Below, piece after piece: positions 38,171 through 52,860 of a stretch of 64,000 nt of DNA (the stretch's first letter is position 1; each line of letters begins with the position of its first letter). This DNA is from Lama glama (lineage: Eukaryota). The notes beneath the pieces were generated by a model. That model was given only the letters and a program-made list of their open reading frames with translations, was not told where the DNA came from and did no database searches. A program made the translations under genes and the position numbers. The stretch spans positions 49,354,001 to 49,418,000 of the forward strand of contig CM052816.1 in the NCBI GenBank assembly GCA_028534125.1, read 5' to 3'.

Positions 38171-38911
38171 TGTCTTAATCAGCTTGGGCTATTATGACAA
38201 AATACCATAGACTGTGTGGCTTAAACAAGAGAGATTTATAATATTGTGTTGTATACTTGAAAATTGCTAAGAGAGTAGATCTGAAAATTTCTCATCACAC
38301 AAAAAAATGACTATTTGTGATAATGGATGTTGGCTAGACTTATTGTGGTGATCATTTATATACTCAAACACACACATATATATGTGGAATCATAATGTTG
38401 AACACTTGAAACTAATATGTTATATGTGAATTATGTCTCAATTAAAACAAAAAATAGATGACAACAGCAAAGTACACGTTTCTCTTCTCATTTCTGCACA
38501 TGGAACTTTCTCCAGGATAAACCATACATTAGTCCATAAAATAAGTCTTAATAAATTTGAAAAGATAGAAACCATGCAAAGTATCTTTTTCAATAATAAT
38601 GAGGTGAAACAAACAAAAAAAGACATTTACTTTTTACAGTTCCAGAGGTTGGAACATCCAACATCGAGGGGCTGGCAGATTTGGTTCCTGGTGAGAGCCC
38701 TTTTCCTAGCTTGTCTTCCTACTGCGTTGGCAGAGATAGCTCTGATCTCTCTTTCTCTTGAGGTAAGGACACTAATCCCATCATGGGTCCCTACCCTCCT
38801 TATCTCATCTGAACCTAATTTCCTCTCAAAGGCCCCACCTCCAGACACCATCACATCAGAGATTAGGACTTCAGTATATGAATTTTGGGAGACACAATCA
38901 TTCTGCCATAG
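38171..38911 (-). mobile_element. MaLR LTR (MLT1A-like), split by a composite L1 insertion
   Basis: Start tgtcttaatcagcttgggct...aaaataccatagactg. Resumes at about 38621 with acagttccagaggttgg...aaggccccacctccagacaccatcaca...ccatag. Confidence 0.85.
38239..38620 (+). mobile_element. L1MA-type 3' end followed by an L1 ORF2 endonuclease fragment and an A-rich tail
   Basis: 3' end motif ttgtatacttgaaaattgctaagagagtagat...tatgtctcaatt, then the peptide SAHGTFSRINHTLVHKISLNKFEKIE (ORF2 EN), then aaacaaacaaaaaaa. Confidence 0.8.
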
Positions 38912-40769
38912 TTTATGCCCTTCAGATTATTTATATCTGCTATGTTTGTATAGTGGAAAGATATTTATAACAGTGTGCACTTCTTCCCAGTTCTATGTCC
39001 AGTGACATTATATGGATAACTTGACATTGGCCAGGGTGAGAGTATCTATACCATAGACTTTGGAAAATGCTATGGATTCCTCTTCCCCAACCCCCTGAAA
39101 AACTAATTATTCAATATTTGCTGGCATATACTCTGTGTATACCATTGGGCCAAGAGAGGTTTTATATGTTTTTAGGATGAGAGATACCACTAGTACTTAT
39201 ACACTGATACTTCGAGGACAAGTCTACTTAAAGTTCTAAGATAATTCCAAGTGGCTTAATTCTGTTAATTATTAGGGTTTTTGAGAGGGCAGATTCATAG
39301 AGGAGAACATGATTACAAAATCAGTATTTTTAAGAAGAGTGGGTTGGATCCAGAAAGCAAGTGAGAAAATTGGCCTGAGATAGGTAAGAAGCATCTATAG
39401 TGACACGAGAGAAGGTGAATGCCAGTTGTTTGGTGTGCTTGTGTGAGAAATGATGAGGACATTGCTTCTTTTCCCACCAGAGGAAGAAGATATCCCCACT
39501 GAGCCCATGTTTTGAGAAAGACGTGTCATTTCACCCAGTAACGACTGCCACATCTGCCCCCACCTGGAATCCATGTGTCTGACAACTTGCTCCCCATTTA
39601 TTTCCTCATTACAATCGAAAGCATTCCTTTCTATTATTTAGGAAAGGTCTAGAAGTCTTAGAAATGAAAATACTAACCCAATTTTATTTACACTACTTAG
39701 AAAAATTAATCTCTGAAATTATATGCAAGTAGCAGTTCTCACAAATCCTCTAAACATCTGTAAGAAATAAACTTAGGGCAAATTTTCCTGAAGTTTATGT
39801 AAATCCAAAAATACTGTCTGTGTTTTATGAGTGGAATGTTTAGTTAGCCCTTAGTACAATTAATGCTAAGAAGTTCCATTAGAATGTACAACAATTGATA
39901 AAATACTCTATTTCTAGTACCTAAATATAAATGTTAGAACCTGTTATCTCCAAAATGGTGCTGAGTGGTCACCTAGAGGAGAGGTAATCTCTAAAATAAT
40001 AAAACTTAGAATTCCTCAGAGTTTAAGCCTCATAACTGGAACTGACTGTCTGATGAGAATAACTCGATGGAGCTCAGCATAGCCAAAAAGCTTTTTATAT
40101 TTTATTAAATTGCTTCCTCTTGCTGATGACTGGACCCATCTTGGATATTGCGGTTTGGGGGTTGTGATATAAATTACTATCAGGAAGTTTTCTGATGTCT
40201 CCAGATCACACACAAGATAATAAACATAGTCTGAATTGATTTTGAACTATTAGGCCAAGGTGAACCTTTTCACGTACCTAGAATAATTTCATTCCTTACT
40301 GGTTTAGTACTGTTAAGAAAATTATGTCAGTTCTCTGAGGAGAGGATTTTTTAAACTTATCTTGTATCGCAGATACTGTGACACATATCTCTAAGGGAGC
40401 AGCTCATGTATCAAATAAGTTATTGCCAAGCAGATTGGTTACATTGTTGGACTCAGGGAGACTCATCCAGGTTAGCTGAAGAAAAGAAGTTTAATGTAGA
40501 GATATATATATATATGGAGACAGAAAGGAGACAGAATCTCACAGAAATTTAGTGTAGGATGCATATAAAATCAGGTTAGGTCTTATGCAGAAACAGTATG
40601 ATGGGTTCAAAATATTTTTCTACATCAAAGGCAAGAGATTATCATCTCCCTTTCCACTACATTAGCATTAACCTGGCTTGTATATTCTCTGTATGTCAGC
40701 TGAGTTCTCCACTCACTTCCTACAGCTTTCTTCACCCTATATTTGTACGTCTCTTAAATGTTTCATAAC

Positions 40770-41130
40770 TTGCATCATTCAGTGTTTACTGTGATTCTTT
40801 AATGTGCCAGTGACTGTACTTGGCAATAGACAAGAAGACAGATAAGGACTTTGCCCTCACAGAGTTTGCTTTTTCCTGGGGAGATGGAGATTAGCCAGAA
40901 ATTCAAGGTAAGTATAGATTGTGAACGTTCTATGAAGGAAATAAACAAAGGCTGGTGATTAAAAAGAAACCTGGGTGGTGCAAAGCAGGGAATGAGGTGG
41001 AGGAGGAGGTGATGAGCAGTACTAGTTTACGTAAAGTGATTCGGAGGAATCAGCCAGAGAGCTGGAGGATGAGTGACGCAGCAAAGATACGAAGGGGAAA
41101 GAGTTTTGGTGTATTAATCATAGCAATGGC
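40770..41130 (-). mobile_element. L2 3' region
   Basis: catcattcagtgtttactgtg...aatgtgccagtgactgtact...tgccctcacagagttt. Confidence 0.65.
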
Positions 41131-42899
41131 TTCATTGTAACCTCCAGCTCACTGATAGCCCACGCTGGCAAATTTCATTGACCATTCATTCATCCTCCCC
41201 TTAGTGCTGGGCAGTGTGCACGTTCACCCAACCAGGGAAGCCCTATGCTTCCAATTTAATTCCTCTGCTGATTCTGTGCTTTGCAGCTTCGTAGCAGATT
41301 AGATCAGATGAAGATGGTAGCTTGTGTCTGTTTTGTTCTCTGCTGTGTGTTTAATGTCTAAACAGTTCTGGAGTGACTGGTTTAATGAATGATCTGTTGG
41401 AAAATAGGTGGATTAGAGAAAGGATGGATTTGAGTTTTATCAGCCTAGTTAGGGATACTGCAGTAGTGTGTTTTCAGGACCTTTTCCTCTGAGCAAAGTT
41501 TGCTTTAACTGTTTTGGAAATGCAGTTTTAATTTGTGTGAGTAAAAAAAAAAAAGGCTTAAACTCTTGCTTATGTTCACTTTGGTTCATATGAAAAGTCA
41601 TCGAGACTCAAGAAAACTTAATGTATAATCCATATTTTAAAATCCCAAACACTGAATACTGTGCCTATGCTTAACTGTAAGTTGCTGTTGAATAAATGAG
41701 AGAATGTGCATATATGTTTTTAGTTCTTCTATTTTAACGTTAGCTTGGGAAATTTTATAATATGGGTTTCTCCTCTACTGCAATACATAGAAAACTTGAG
41801 ACAGTTTAAGTTCAAATATACAAAACTTTTCCAACCAGAGAATTAATGACATTGTTCAACTTTAAAGTTATCTCCCCCTCAAAGCATAACTTCTGAATGT
41901 AGATTTCAGAACTTTTTTGCAACTATGTGTTCTCTGAAATGAAAAATGAATTATCACACGTCACCCACAGAAAAGCAGTTACAGAGCAGATGAACATTTA
42001 ATTAGTGTTTTTGATATATTTCTTGCAATGTATTTTTTATTCAGTAATCAGTTAAAAATAGTATTTAGTGTTACTCAAACCTCCGCACAGTTAACTTCTA
42101 GTAGGATATATTTTTTTAAGATTGAATCAGAAACAGACATTTATCATAAATAAATAAGAAAATGATTTCCAACTCAAAGAAATCAAATTTTATTTTGACA
42201 AATTGGTGTAGGTTTTCTCTACAGAATCTGAAATTTCAGGTTGCAAATTGTAACAAGATGAGGCAAAACTGTCTCTTATTTTCTGGAGATAAGGATGCTA
42301 ATTAGATTAATGATGTCTGGGATCTAATCACAGATAGGTTCAGGACCAAACATGTATCACTGCAGCCACTGAGGGATAAGAGAGAGACATACGATTAGCA
42401 GCTTCTGTCTGAATGAGAGCCTTACTTCCCAGACAGTTTCAACAGGGTGAGCACTTTGATATTATGAGTGTCTAACTAAGGCACAATTGCATATTAACAC
42501 CTTCACCAGCTTTAAACCCTGCCTAAAATGTCAGACTCCTGGCATATTTTTCTAATGGTAAGTGAGACAATTTCCATTCAGTCATTCACTCTACAAACTT
42601 GTGTTCAGTGTCCAGTCGGTGTCGGCACTGTCCTAAGTGCTGTCTGGTTTACTTAATTGCAAAACAAAACAAAAAGTTGTGTCACATGGAACAGAAAATC
42701 ACACAAAATTGTCATATTTTAATAGAAATTATAACACACACGAGTTAGAAATGTAATTAGGTAAAATATTACTGAACCTCAAATGAGAAAACTGAGGCCT
42801 ATAAAGTGGGTCACGCCCTTTAACTGAAGAGAAGCCGTAGGACAAACTGCAGAGCAGAGCAAGGAGTCACGTGATACCCTCAGGTCTCCAGGAGGGTCA

Positions 42900-43330
42900 C
42901 AATTTTATATCATCTTATTGTTTTAGTGACATTTATTTTTGTATTGTATTGATGTTTGAGGTAGAAATGCAGACATGGTACAAAAGCAAAGAATATGAAA
43001 AGATTTATAAGTAAAATTGTCCTTCCACCTTCAGCCCACATGCACTCATTTTTTTCTTCAGAGGTTACCAAAAGTACCAATATTTTAAAAATTATTCTGA
43101 AGATCCTATAGGAACAAGAGACACATGTATGTGCATATGCATATAGTGTACCTATATGTGTATATGTATGTGCCTGCATATGTCTAATGCATATATGCAT
43201 ATGTGTATGTGTATTTTTCTTAATAAAACATGCTGGCTAACTATACATGATATTCTACAGCTAACTCTTATCTCTTAAAAATACTTCTTGAAGCCTGTTC
43301 CATATGAAGATGTGCTTCAGATAGAAAAAT
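42900..43330 (-). mobile_element. Old L1 (L1ME-like) 3' fragment with TA/TG-rich simple repeat
   Basis: ttcttcagaggttacc..., tatgtgcatatgcatata repeats, catgatattctacag. Confidence 0.5.
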
Positions 43331-43744
43331 CTGAAGTCATTCTGATCATAATCTTTCTTTGGAGATATTTTTATTTTTCCTCTTTGAAAACTTCTTTTGA
43401 TCCCAGTAATCTAAAAGTCACAATCATTAGTGTCTTGTGAGGGTCTGTTTTTAATTATTATGCTGTGCATGGTATTTTGCATTTGCCATTTCTAATACCC
43501 AGGGTAGTATACAAACTTTGCCCTTTGTTCCTTTTCCAAGGAAATGATCCTGGTTTTTAACTGAGATAATGGACAGAATTCCTAACAAGTGGTAGAAACA
43601 GAGACTTTCTTTTGTCCAACCACTGTTTCTTTCTAGTTCTCACGGTGTACGGGATGCTCACAAAGAACACAGAATGGTAGCTATCAGTTCCAGGTTGCCT
43701 GATGCTGCATGAAATCCAGCCAGCAGTTCGTGTTATCATTCCTA

Positions 43745-44500
43745 TGGCAGATGGCAAAAATGACCACCATCTTTCCCTCCCTCCATAGAAAGACAGAGTC
43801 TGTTTCACCTTGAATCTGAGCTGGCCAGTAGAATGTGGTGAGAGTGGCCATGGGCCAGTTCTGAGGCCTTGCTCCTTTCTGTTCCCTTTCAGAACTGTGA
43901 CACTGCCATGTGAGCAAGACCAGGGGTGGCCTGCTGAAGCGTGTGATACGCGTGTCCACTTGGCCCCCTGGCTCCAGTCAGTAGTTAGCCAAAGCCCTGA
44001 AAGAGAGATGCCTAACTTGCCTGAAGCTGAGTTGAAAAATTAAAACTGGGTTTTGTTTTGTTTTGTTTCCAACTGATAAGTTTCTCAAAATAAGCAAGAT
44101 CTGGGGCAAAGACTAAATCAAGAGTATGGCTATAAGACCCCTTTTTAAAGGTATCTGAAAGAGTTCAGATAGTGTCTATTAGACACTCTCAACTAGAAAA
44201 AAAGAAGTGTTTCTACGAGCCTTAAGTCTTGCACAGCAGCCTAATCATACTGTAACCCTATAGCTGCTCTGTGTGGGCTCCTGTAATCAAGGAAATGATC
44301 TTGATTCTATGTCTTAATGAGACAGTAGGGAAGAACCTAGCAAAAATAAGGAAAATTCTTAGGATTTATCTGAACTGCTGTTATCTGGACTATAGATAAA
44401 ACCTCAGTTTAATGTGGAAATGAGGAGAAAGTATTTAAAATTCATCTTCTGAACCATTAATGATGCCCAGAGGGGAAGAATAAAGCTAAGAGAGCAGGGC
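43745..44500 (+). mobile_element. MaLR LTR (MLT1F/G-like) joined to a MaLR internal-sequence remnant
   Basis: LTR motif agagtctgtttcaccttgaatctgagctggcc...gccagttctgaggcc, then internal-type aaagactaaatcaagagtatggctataagaccc. Confidence 0.6.
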
Positions 44501-44539
44501 TTCAGTTACTCCAACCTGTGGGAGCTGCTCACCTATTTC

Positions 44540-44720
44540 ATTTGTGATTATTGCTGTTGCTTTTTGAGTGGTAAAAGCTATGCTTAAAGCTACACAAGTA
44601 TCGCCTCATTTAATCTTCAAAGCTACTCCCTGTGCGAACTATTATGTACATCATTTTGCAAATTAAGAATCTGAGTTTTGGAAACTAAATTATCCAATCT
44701 TTCAGTTAGTAACTGGCAAG
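44540..44720 (-). mobile_element. MIR
   Basis: cctcatttaatcttcaaagc...cattttgcaaattaagaatctgag. Confidence 0.55.
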
Positions 44721-45717
44721 TGTTTACTGTAATACACAGGCATGCACAACATAGGAGACAGTGGTATTATATATAGTTATGTACCACCCCTCTTTATAGG
44801 TTTTATTAAATTTTTTATAAAAGAAATGTGCTGCTAAGATGTTTGAGATCCATTAGATCACTTACAGAACATCTGACACAGCTTTCATTCTGTGTTGCTT
44901 CAAGGGTACGAAATTGTTTCTAAAAGTACAGAAGTTTTAGAAAAGAATTGGAAGTCATTATTCATCCACCTGTGATGTTCTAACTTTTGTGTTTTTGTAG
45001 CATGGCAGATTTTAATGTGTAGAACACACCACCAGATACCAATTTATAGTAGAGTAAACACATAGATATTTCCTGACACCACTACAGAAAATTAAACTTT
45101 GATAGTTATGTTATAAAGACATAAATATGTCAAAATGAAATTTCCCAAAATGAAATTTTAAAACACAGGTGTCTCAAGCTTTCTTTCACTAAAATACCTT
45201 GAAGTAACAATTCTTCAGAGCAACCTAAGTACTGATAAGAAAAAAATATTGATATGCCACCAGAATAAAATGCTAGGTTGACAGACAAGATTTCTGGACA
45301 TGGAAAGACATTTTATTTTTAACCTAACCTGGGAATTTCTGTGAAGGATGATATTACCTAGAGTTTGTTTTGATGGGAAACATTTAAAATTTAATTTGCT
45401 AAAAGTAGTTTAGGAAAACCCTCAATTTATTTAATCAAATAAATGAAAGAACATTCTCTCAGTAGGCATTCATCCATCTCAGTTATCTCATGTATCTCAA
45501 GGCTTAGAAACTACATTTTTATGCAATCTGAAATAAATCAATTACATTTTTTGCGTAATTTTCAAATCTTTGCAATCTAATTTATAATTTACATCATACT
45601 TATGAAGGTGTTAGATTAATATGTGAATAATGCGTTTTCTCATTTGTAAAGAGTAAGTCTACTATATAGTAGTACTCTTGTGGGAAATGTATTTTCATAT
45701 ACTTTTCACTCACCGTG

Positions 45718-45718
45718 C

Positions 45719-45745
<27 letters not shown>
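45718..45745. repeat. Poly(T) tract
   Basis: About 28 consecutive T. Confidence 0.9.
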
Positions 45746-45749
<4 letters not shown>

Positions 45750-48700
45750 GGTCATGACTTAGAAAAAAAATTAATGATAATAAAAAATCACCACCCATAC
45801 TTACTGGGTTTCTTCCTAGTTTCTTCCATCAAGCCAGACTAGGAGTTAGAAATGTATGTCACCTGCTGAAACAAGTCCTGGTGCCTTTAAATTCTTAGAG
45901 CTCTTAGTCAAAACATAATGATGATAGCGATGGAAATAGTGATAATGGTAATCATAACAAAAGCATTGTATGCGAGGGACGGTTAGCATATAAATAGATA
46001 TTTGAAGTGTCTTTTCTAATCCTTCTTGGTAAGTAATAGAACTGAGGTTAAGGAGGTTAATTCACTGTCTTGCTGACATACAGTTTGAGGTTGACACTTT
46101 CTTAGCTTTCTAAATTCCATGTTGTTAGTATTTACAGTTATGTTACAAATTGGGTAATCTGTTGTCCTCACCTTAGAGGCCGCATTTTGTTAATGTTAGA
46201 GTTACAATGACTGTTTTATGAAAAACAGAATCCCATGAGGAATTTAATAACAGTGAAATGGTCAAAATACTAAAGGTAGTATACACTTTTACTAAACTGC
46301 TGATAAATACCAATCAAGCAAGATAATACTTCAGTTTATATCACGTATGATTTTTATGACCTTAAATAAATTTCACGTGATTTTTATTGTGGATTTCTCA
46401 TTGCCAGGAATAAGTCTTAAAAATCCTAAACCCACCTAAAAGTATATTTCCATTACTGTGTTACCTAGTAACCACCCAGCCTATTTAGAAGTTATTTTGG
46501 TTGATAAGAAATAATGCCCATCTTTAGGAAAATTAGTCGTTAACATAAATTTAAATCCTGTCATGATTACATGGGGAACACAGGGCTGTCAAAACTTCAG
46601 GCTAGTAGTACATGGCAGGGATGTAATATGTCACTATGCTTTGTAAAATTACATGTTATTGAAATTATGGATCCAAAAAATGACCAAATTTATTATGTAA
46701 GACAACTTTGAAAATTCTGTTTTTATATCAAATGCATAATTTGCCAAAGTACTTCGCACAGCTAATGAGACGATGTATACTAGGATTATGAATTGTAAAT
46801 TCTTCACAATACTTGTATGTGAGATCAGCTATTCATTTGGTGAGCATTGATTACAGACATCCTACTGTGGCAGATGAGGGATATAGAGTATAACTGAACG
46901 ACATAGTCCTTTGAGGCATTAACATTCTATTTAATATAGAATATTCACTTCAATTCATGGATTACAGGCTCAGGAAAAATTTGAAGAGCCAAATAAAGAT
47001 TTTTGTAAGCATTATATTAAGGGTGAACTTTGAGACCCCATCTGAGACCATTTGTGTCTCTATTACAGTCAGACTTTTGGCTGTAAAATGCATATGGCAA
47101 AAAATACCTTTTCTAATAAAATAAGTATATTAAAAATTCAATTGATGAGATACATTTGACATTTTATATTGCCTCCCAATAATGAATTATATAATATAGC
47201 ATATTTCTAGTGTAAGGAGCGTGTCCTTTCAGTGAGTATTTGTGTATTGCTTACAATTATACATTTATATGTGAAACCCTACATTATGAACCATAATACA
47301 TTTTTGACTTTAAAGATGCTAAAATTCCAAGACTCAATTGCATTGATTTTGTTATCAAATTGAAGATATACTTCTATGAAGAAATAATTAACTGGAATTC
47401 CACAACCGACTATATTTCAAATCTAATAAAATTTAGTTTCATATAAAGTCAAACATTAATCATAAACCAAAAAATGTTTTTACTCCAAATTTATTCCATT
47501 CTAATTTTTAAAACAACCACATTCAATTATTTAAACACATAAAAAGCAATAAGCATTCATTCTAATTATAAGGGTCCCACATTTTCTGAATTCTCACTGT
47601 AAACAAGACCAAATAAGTTCATATACTTATTTCACCATACCCTGGCACCGTTATGACTGCATGCCCATAAAGGTAAAATCAGTATTCAGCAGAACGCCTA
47701 GAGCAGCAGAAACTAACCATAGTACAGTGTCTAAGACATCCAGTTACTTCCCAGGGACTCACTATTGAGTGTAAAAATGAAAGTCAACTGAATTTTTTTC
47801 AGTCTTGTGCATCTCATGTTTTGATGTTTGGGTGACATCATACCCTTGAAAAATCCCTCAGCTGTAACAAGTCTTTTTAATCTGGCCCTTTGGTAACTAG
47901 GAAATTAACAAGTGTATGTTATTTCTCGTGGTAAAAGTATTTGAAATGAGTATTCCATATTTTCCCTGGAGACACTCATATAAATGAACTTCATTCTTGT
48001 GGCAGGTTTATAGGGATGCTGGCCTTGCTGGTATCTGATGCCCTAGAATCGTTATTTTTTCTAATGGTTGTATTAAAATGATCATTTCCCATTCCTGAGG
48101 AAAATCTGAGTTCTGTTGCTCTCAAATAGTTACGGAGTAACATGTAAACCTCAGTTCAGAAAAAAAAATTGAGTAAAATTATTACAAAGACAATGGTTGC
48201 AAAACATGGTCTGAACAAAAATTATGACCTGCTTTACAGAGAACTGGAAATCACATCTGTGTCTAAACCAGATTTCAAATATCAGCCTGATACTCGTGGT
48301 GCCAGCGCCCAACCTGGAGCGTACTAAGAGGGAAGGGAAGAGGCTTCCACTAGATGTCTTGATAAGGTGTAGTTGTGTAGATGGACCATGTCTCTAATTA
48401 CTCATTGGTGCTAAGTCTTTTTAGGTTAAGTAGTTTAATGATTTCCAGTGGATGGCATTCATTCCTTTGAGATTTAAGTATTTTTCTAAGAATATTTAGC
48501 CAAATCAGCAGCACATGTAAAGAGCACCCTTCGGTTGTAACTGATTAAGCATAAAATGTCAGATTTTCCCACTGCCAAAGTGTAGTGCTCTTTCAGTGCT
48601 TAGAAAAGTACATCTTTTAGATCACTTGGGTATCATCTAGTACACTATAGTTACAATAATTTAGGAGGAATTAAAAGCCATAACCTGGAAGTTTAAAAGG

Positions 48701-49719
48701 CCTTTGTTCCTATACACCACCTTTGTGCCAGCCCACAGATAATAAAGATAAATCATTGGTGTCATATACATAACAAATCCTGGTATAGATGACTTCCTAA
48801 CTTTTGCACTACAAGTATAATTCTACTTGCATTATGTATTGTTATAAATGTATATGAAGAAATTTTTAGTGTTTGGAGACACAGAAATGTGAGAAATTTA
48901 GAGGTATTTTATTTTAGTGTTGGAAATTTTATGCCATAAAGTCTTTCTAGCACCATGTGATATAATATTTATAACATTTAGAAATTATTTTAGCAGAGAA
49001 AAAATGCACAAAAGTTTATATGATTCCAGGATCAGTTAATACAATACAGGTCTTTCCTATTTTCATATAGGCAGGATTTATCCTTTTCATAGACTAATGC
49101 AGCATCAGTTTATTGCAAGTTGGAGATGAAATGGAGATTATTACATTATGAGGTAGTTATTTCTGGTTAGATGATTTTGATTGGTTTGGGTTTTACCCAC
49201 TATATCTTACAAATGAAGTAATAACCAAATCTAAGAAGCATTAATTTCAGGGTAAACATGAATCAGATGGATAGCTTGGCCTGTCTATTTATTTCAGCCA
49301 TAATTCCATGGATTAAATGAATTAAGGTTGATAAATCCTTAACTGATTAATAAATCTAGGGACGCTTGATGAATATCCTTAAACTGTTAAAATTACATCT
49401 TAAACGTTAACCCTGGGGAAGAATGATGGAATGCCTCAAAAATCAGTCTAATTCACTTGTGTTTTTGTATAAATGTACAAGCTTAACCTACTTTCATATA
49501 CAAAGAAAATTTAAAGAAGAGAAGAAATTCTAAGATGCTATAGTGTTCCAAAGTGAAAATCAAAATAATAAATATGCTAACATAGTTGACAGTAGACATT
49601 CTACGTTAAAATTCCTCAAAGATAATGAACACCTTCTGATGCCAATACATTACCATTCAACATCCACTAATGTAGAAGGAGCCAGTTTTTCTGCAAGTGC
49701 AATGATCAATAAAAATTCC

Positions 49720-50540
49720 CTCCTCCCTCCCTCTCATCTCTCTTCTTCCTCCTCCTCCTCCGTGTCATCTTACTGTCTAATCAGGTTGATGTCACAGCCT
49801 CTATCCCGTCACTTTCAAGTGAAAAATCCAAAAATAATTACTCTTGATTCCTCTGTCTCTCTCTGCCCCACAGCCCATTAGTATTGGCAACTGTCCCTTG
49901 TCTTGACAGTTTTATCTCCTAAATATGTCTTTAAACTTTTCCCACCTCCTCATAACTAGTTTAATTATCCTTGTTAAGGTTCAAATCATCCCTCTCCTGC
50001 ACTACTTCACGATTTTCTTAACTACTTGCTTTCCCTGCTTCTAATCTTACACTGTCAACTCTGGTCCCCACGCCATTGCCAGGGTGCCCTATTTAAAAAG
50101 AAATCATCTCTTAAAATGCTTCAGTGGCTTTCTGGTTTCTATAAAATGGAGTCCAAACTACCTTATGTGCCACAACTAACTTATTTTGTCCTGGACCCTT
50201 TATCTTCACTCTTTTCTACTTGAACTTTTTGATCTGAGTACACTGAGCTGCATGTAGTTCTACACCTACAGTACCTTGTTTTCTGTCTTCCTGGGTCTTC
50301 ACATGAAGTTTTTTATGGTAAGAACTCTCTTCATCCATTCTTCACCTTGTAGAATACTTCCTACAAAGTATTTTGTTTTAAAGATTCAGGTTATATATGT
50401 CTATCCCTAAGTTTTCCAGTATTGAATAATTATTTGTGTATGTTTTCTACCCCACAGCATCTTATCTATCTTTAGCTCTCTGGGAGCTGGCAAGTGAATA
50501 GAACAGACACTCAATACATTGTTATGAATGAATGGTAGAG
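49720..50540 (+). mobile_element. L2 3' portion
   Basis: CT-rich body (ttgattcctctgtctctc...cttaaaatgcttcagtggctt...aaaatggagtccaaact) ending cactcaatacattgttatgaatgaatg. Confidence 0.75.
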
Positions 50541-52087
50541 TTCCAATTAGTATATCAATTTCAGAATGTTTATCCATGTTAATAGAAAATGTAAATAACT
50601 CAACTTAGGCTTCATGACTCAACCAGAACTTCATGATCTGTTGAAATGCCAAAGTTGTAGGACAGGAATTATCCTAACTAATTTAAAGCAATTTAAAATG
50701 TGGTCACCCTATAATGGTTCCAGGAAGTGTACTCCAAAATGTATTTCAAGTCTGTCTACTTATGCAGAGAAGCAAGCTATTCTGTGCGGGAAAATTCAAC
50801 CATTAAAAACTACCGTGGGTCCTTTTAGGGTGAAAGCAAAGACCCTCACCTCTTCTCAGTAGACAAATAGTACAATGATAAGGTCCTTTCAAACTCAATA
50901 TCAGATTATACAAGAATTTTTTGCTTTAAAAGTGGTGCAACTTTTATCATCCTTATTAGCAAGCAAATGATCATATTCATTGAATTTTAGCTAAAATTCT
51001 GGCCATTTCCTTTAAATCTTTTATTCCTTATTGAAATTTAAACTCTGTCCAAGATAAGCTTTAACATGTAAAAGAAAAGTATTTATATATTTTAAGTTTA
51101 ATAATATATTCATTTAATAGTCAATTGTATTTTCAATTTACACAGTCTGTTAATTCTCTGATTTCATGACTGCATCTCTTCTGTGGCCTAGTATCATGTA
51201 AAAGCCAATGCAGTATTTGCTAACTGCTTGTGAATGTATCTTCCAGATAACTGTGATTTTTTTTCTCAATGGCAGATGTCTTTCCTTTTCAGATCTTAAA
51301 GGGGTAGAACTCTCATTAATAGAAAAATGAGGGTTACATAAAATCTTTCTACCATTGTAACTGCTCAGATCCTATTCAAGTTAAATAGCTCTCCAACAAG
51401 AAGTTAATATGCCAGCTGAGTGTTAGCATGACGCAGCTTCAGCACAGAGCTCTTCTTTTCAGTTCACAGAATATCCTGTGGTGAAGGTGTTGATGTTGCA
51501 AAAGAAAACTATTTCAGTTCAAAGGAGGATGTTTAGTTCATATGGGATTTCTTTCCTTGTTGTTGAGTTCTGCTTTGTAGGGAAGCATGAATTGAAAGTT
51601 GAAGAACTAAGCTCTGTTCTCAGCTATGTCACTGTCTTGTTGCTTTAGGTTATGTGCAGTCACAAAGCAATTATCTCTCTGTTTTTCCACATGAGCAAAT
51701 AGAGATATTAATTTTCCCACAAATAACTGGAGAGAATCAGAGTCAGCAGGTTGAAATAAGAAATTGTTGGTAACGAAAAGTAGTATAAATAGGATTCAGT
51801 GACTGGCTGGATAAAGGTATAGGAGGACCTTCTGAAATTAGGTAGATTTTCTCAAAGATGTGGTTTAACATATGGCCTGAACTTGAATCTTGAGAAATGT
51901 CTCTATTTAGGAGGTACAGTAGAAGGGTGTGAGGCTAGTTCACGTGATGGAGACAGTTCAGAAGGCTGGTAGAGGAGCCAAGTGGCAGGTGTGGCAGAGA
52001 CCAAAGAAACTGTCTTCCAGACAATCCACCCGTTCCCTGATAAGCATCTCTCCATCTCTATGGCCCATTTATAGAATCATCTCTTTT

Positions 52088-52605
52088 CAGGCAGCATAAT
52101 GGACCCCCGTTACCCCCCAACCCCACCAAAGATTTTCATGTCCGAATCCCCAGAATCTGTGAATGTATTTGATTGTATAGCAAAGGGGAATTAGTGTTGC
52201 ATGGAATTAAGTTCACTAACCAGCTGACCTTAAAATAGATTTTCCTGGATTATCTGGGTGGGCTCAGTATAATCACAGCAGTCTTCCATTTTTCAAACAG
52301 AAGAGCATGAGAAGATGATGTGAGGAGGGATGCAGAAACCGGAGTATTTTGTTGGCTGTGAAAGAGTTCAGCCTGTCATTGCTGGCTTTGAAGATGGAGG
52401 GGGCCTTCTGACAGTGTGGGCAGCCTTTAGATGCTGGAAAAGGCAAGGAAATAAGATCCCCCCTAGGGCCTCTGTAAAGAAGCACAGCCCTGCATACACC
52501 TTGATTTTAGACCAGTGAGACCCACATCAGACTTCCCAACTCCAGAACTGCAAGATAATAAACTTGTGTTTTAAGCCACACATTTGTTGTCATTTGTTAC
52601 AGGCA
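52088..52605 (+). mobile_element. MaLR LTR (MLT1D-like)
   Basis: ctaaccagctgaccttaaaatag...ggattatctgggtgggc...tgctggctttgaagatggagg...ccagaactgcaagataataaacttgtgttttaagcca. Confidence 0.85.
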
Positions 52606-52679
52606 CTTCCAGTGTAACAAAATTTCAATTTCTTTGGTACACTGGTCAAACTGAATTGTTAAAAAGGAAACACCTTGGT

Positions 52680-52860
52680 ACAGGAGAAATAGTATTGGGC
52701 TTGGAGTTAATAAAACTGGATTCTAGCCTTGACTTATAAAAAATAATCAGCCAAATGGACTTGGGCAAGCCCTTAAACTTCCACACCTTACTTTCCTCCC
52801 CTATAAAAACAGAGAGATTAGATGATACCTCAGGTTCCTTGCAGTTTTAACTATTATAAA
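52680..52860 (+). mobile_element. MIR/MIR3
   Basis: gggcttggagt...ctggattctag...gacttgggcaagcccttaaac...tttcctcccctataaaa. Confidence 0.6.

Noticed and set aside
38433..39005. Longest ORF in the track (190 aa)
   Set aside because: It is a chance fusion of an L1 EN fragment and antisense MLT1A sequence.
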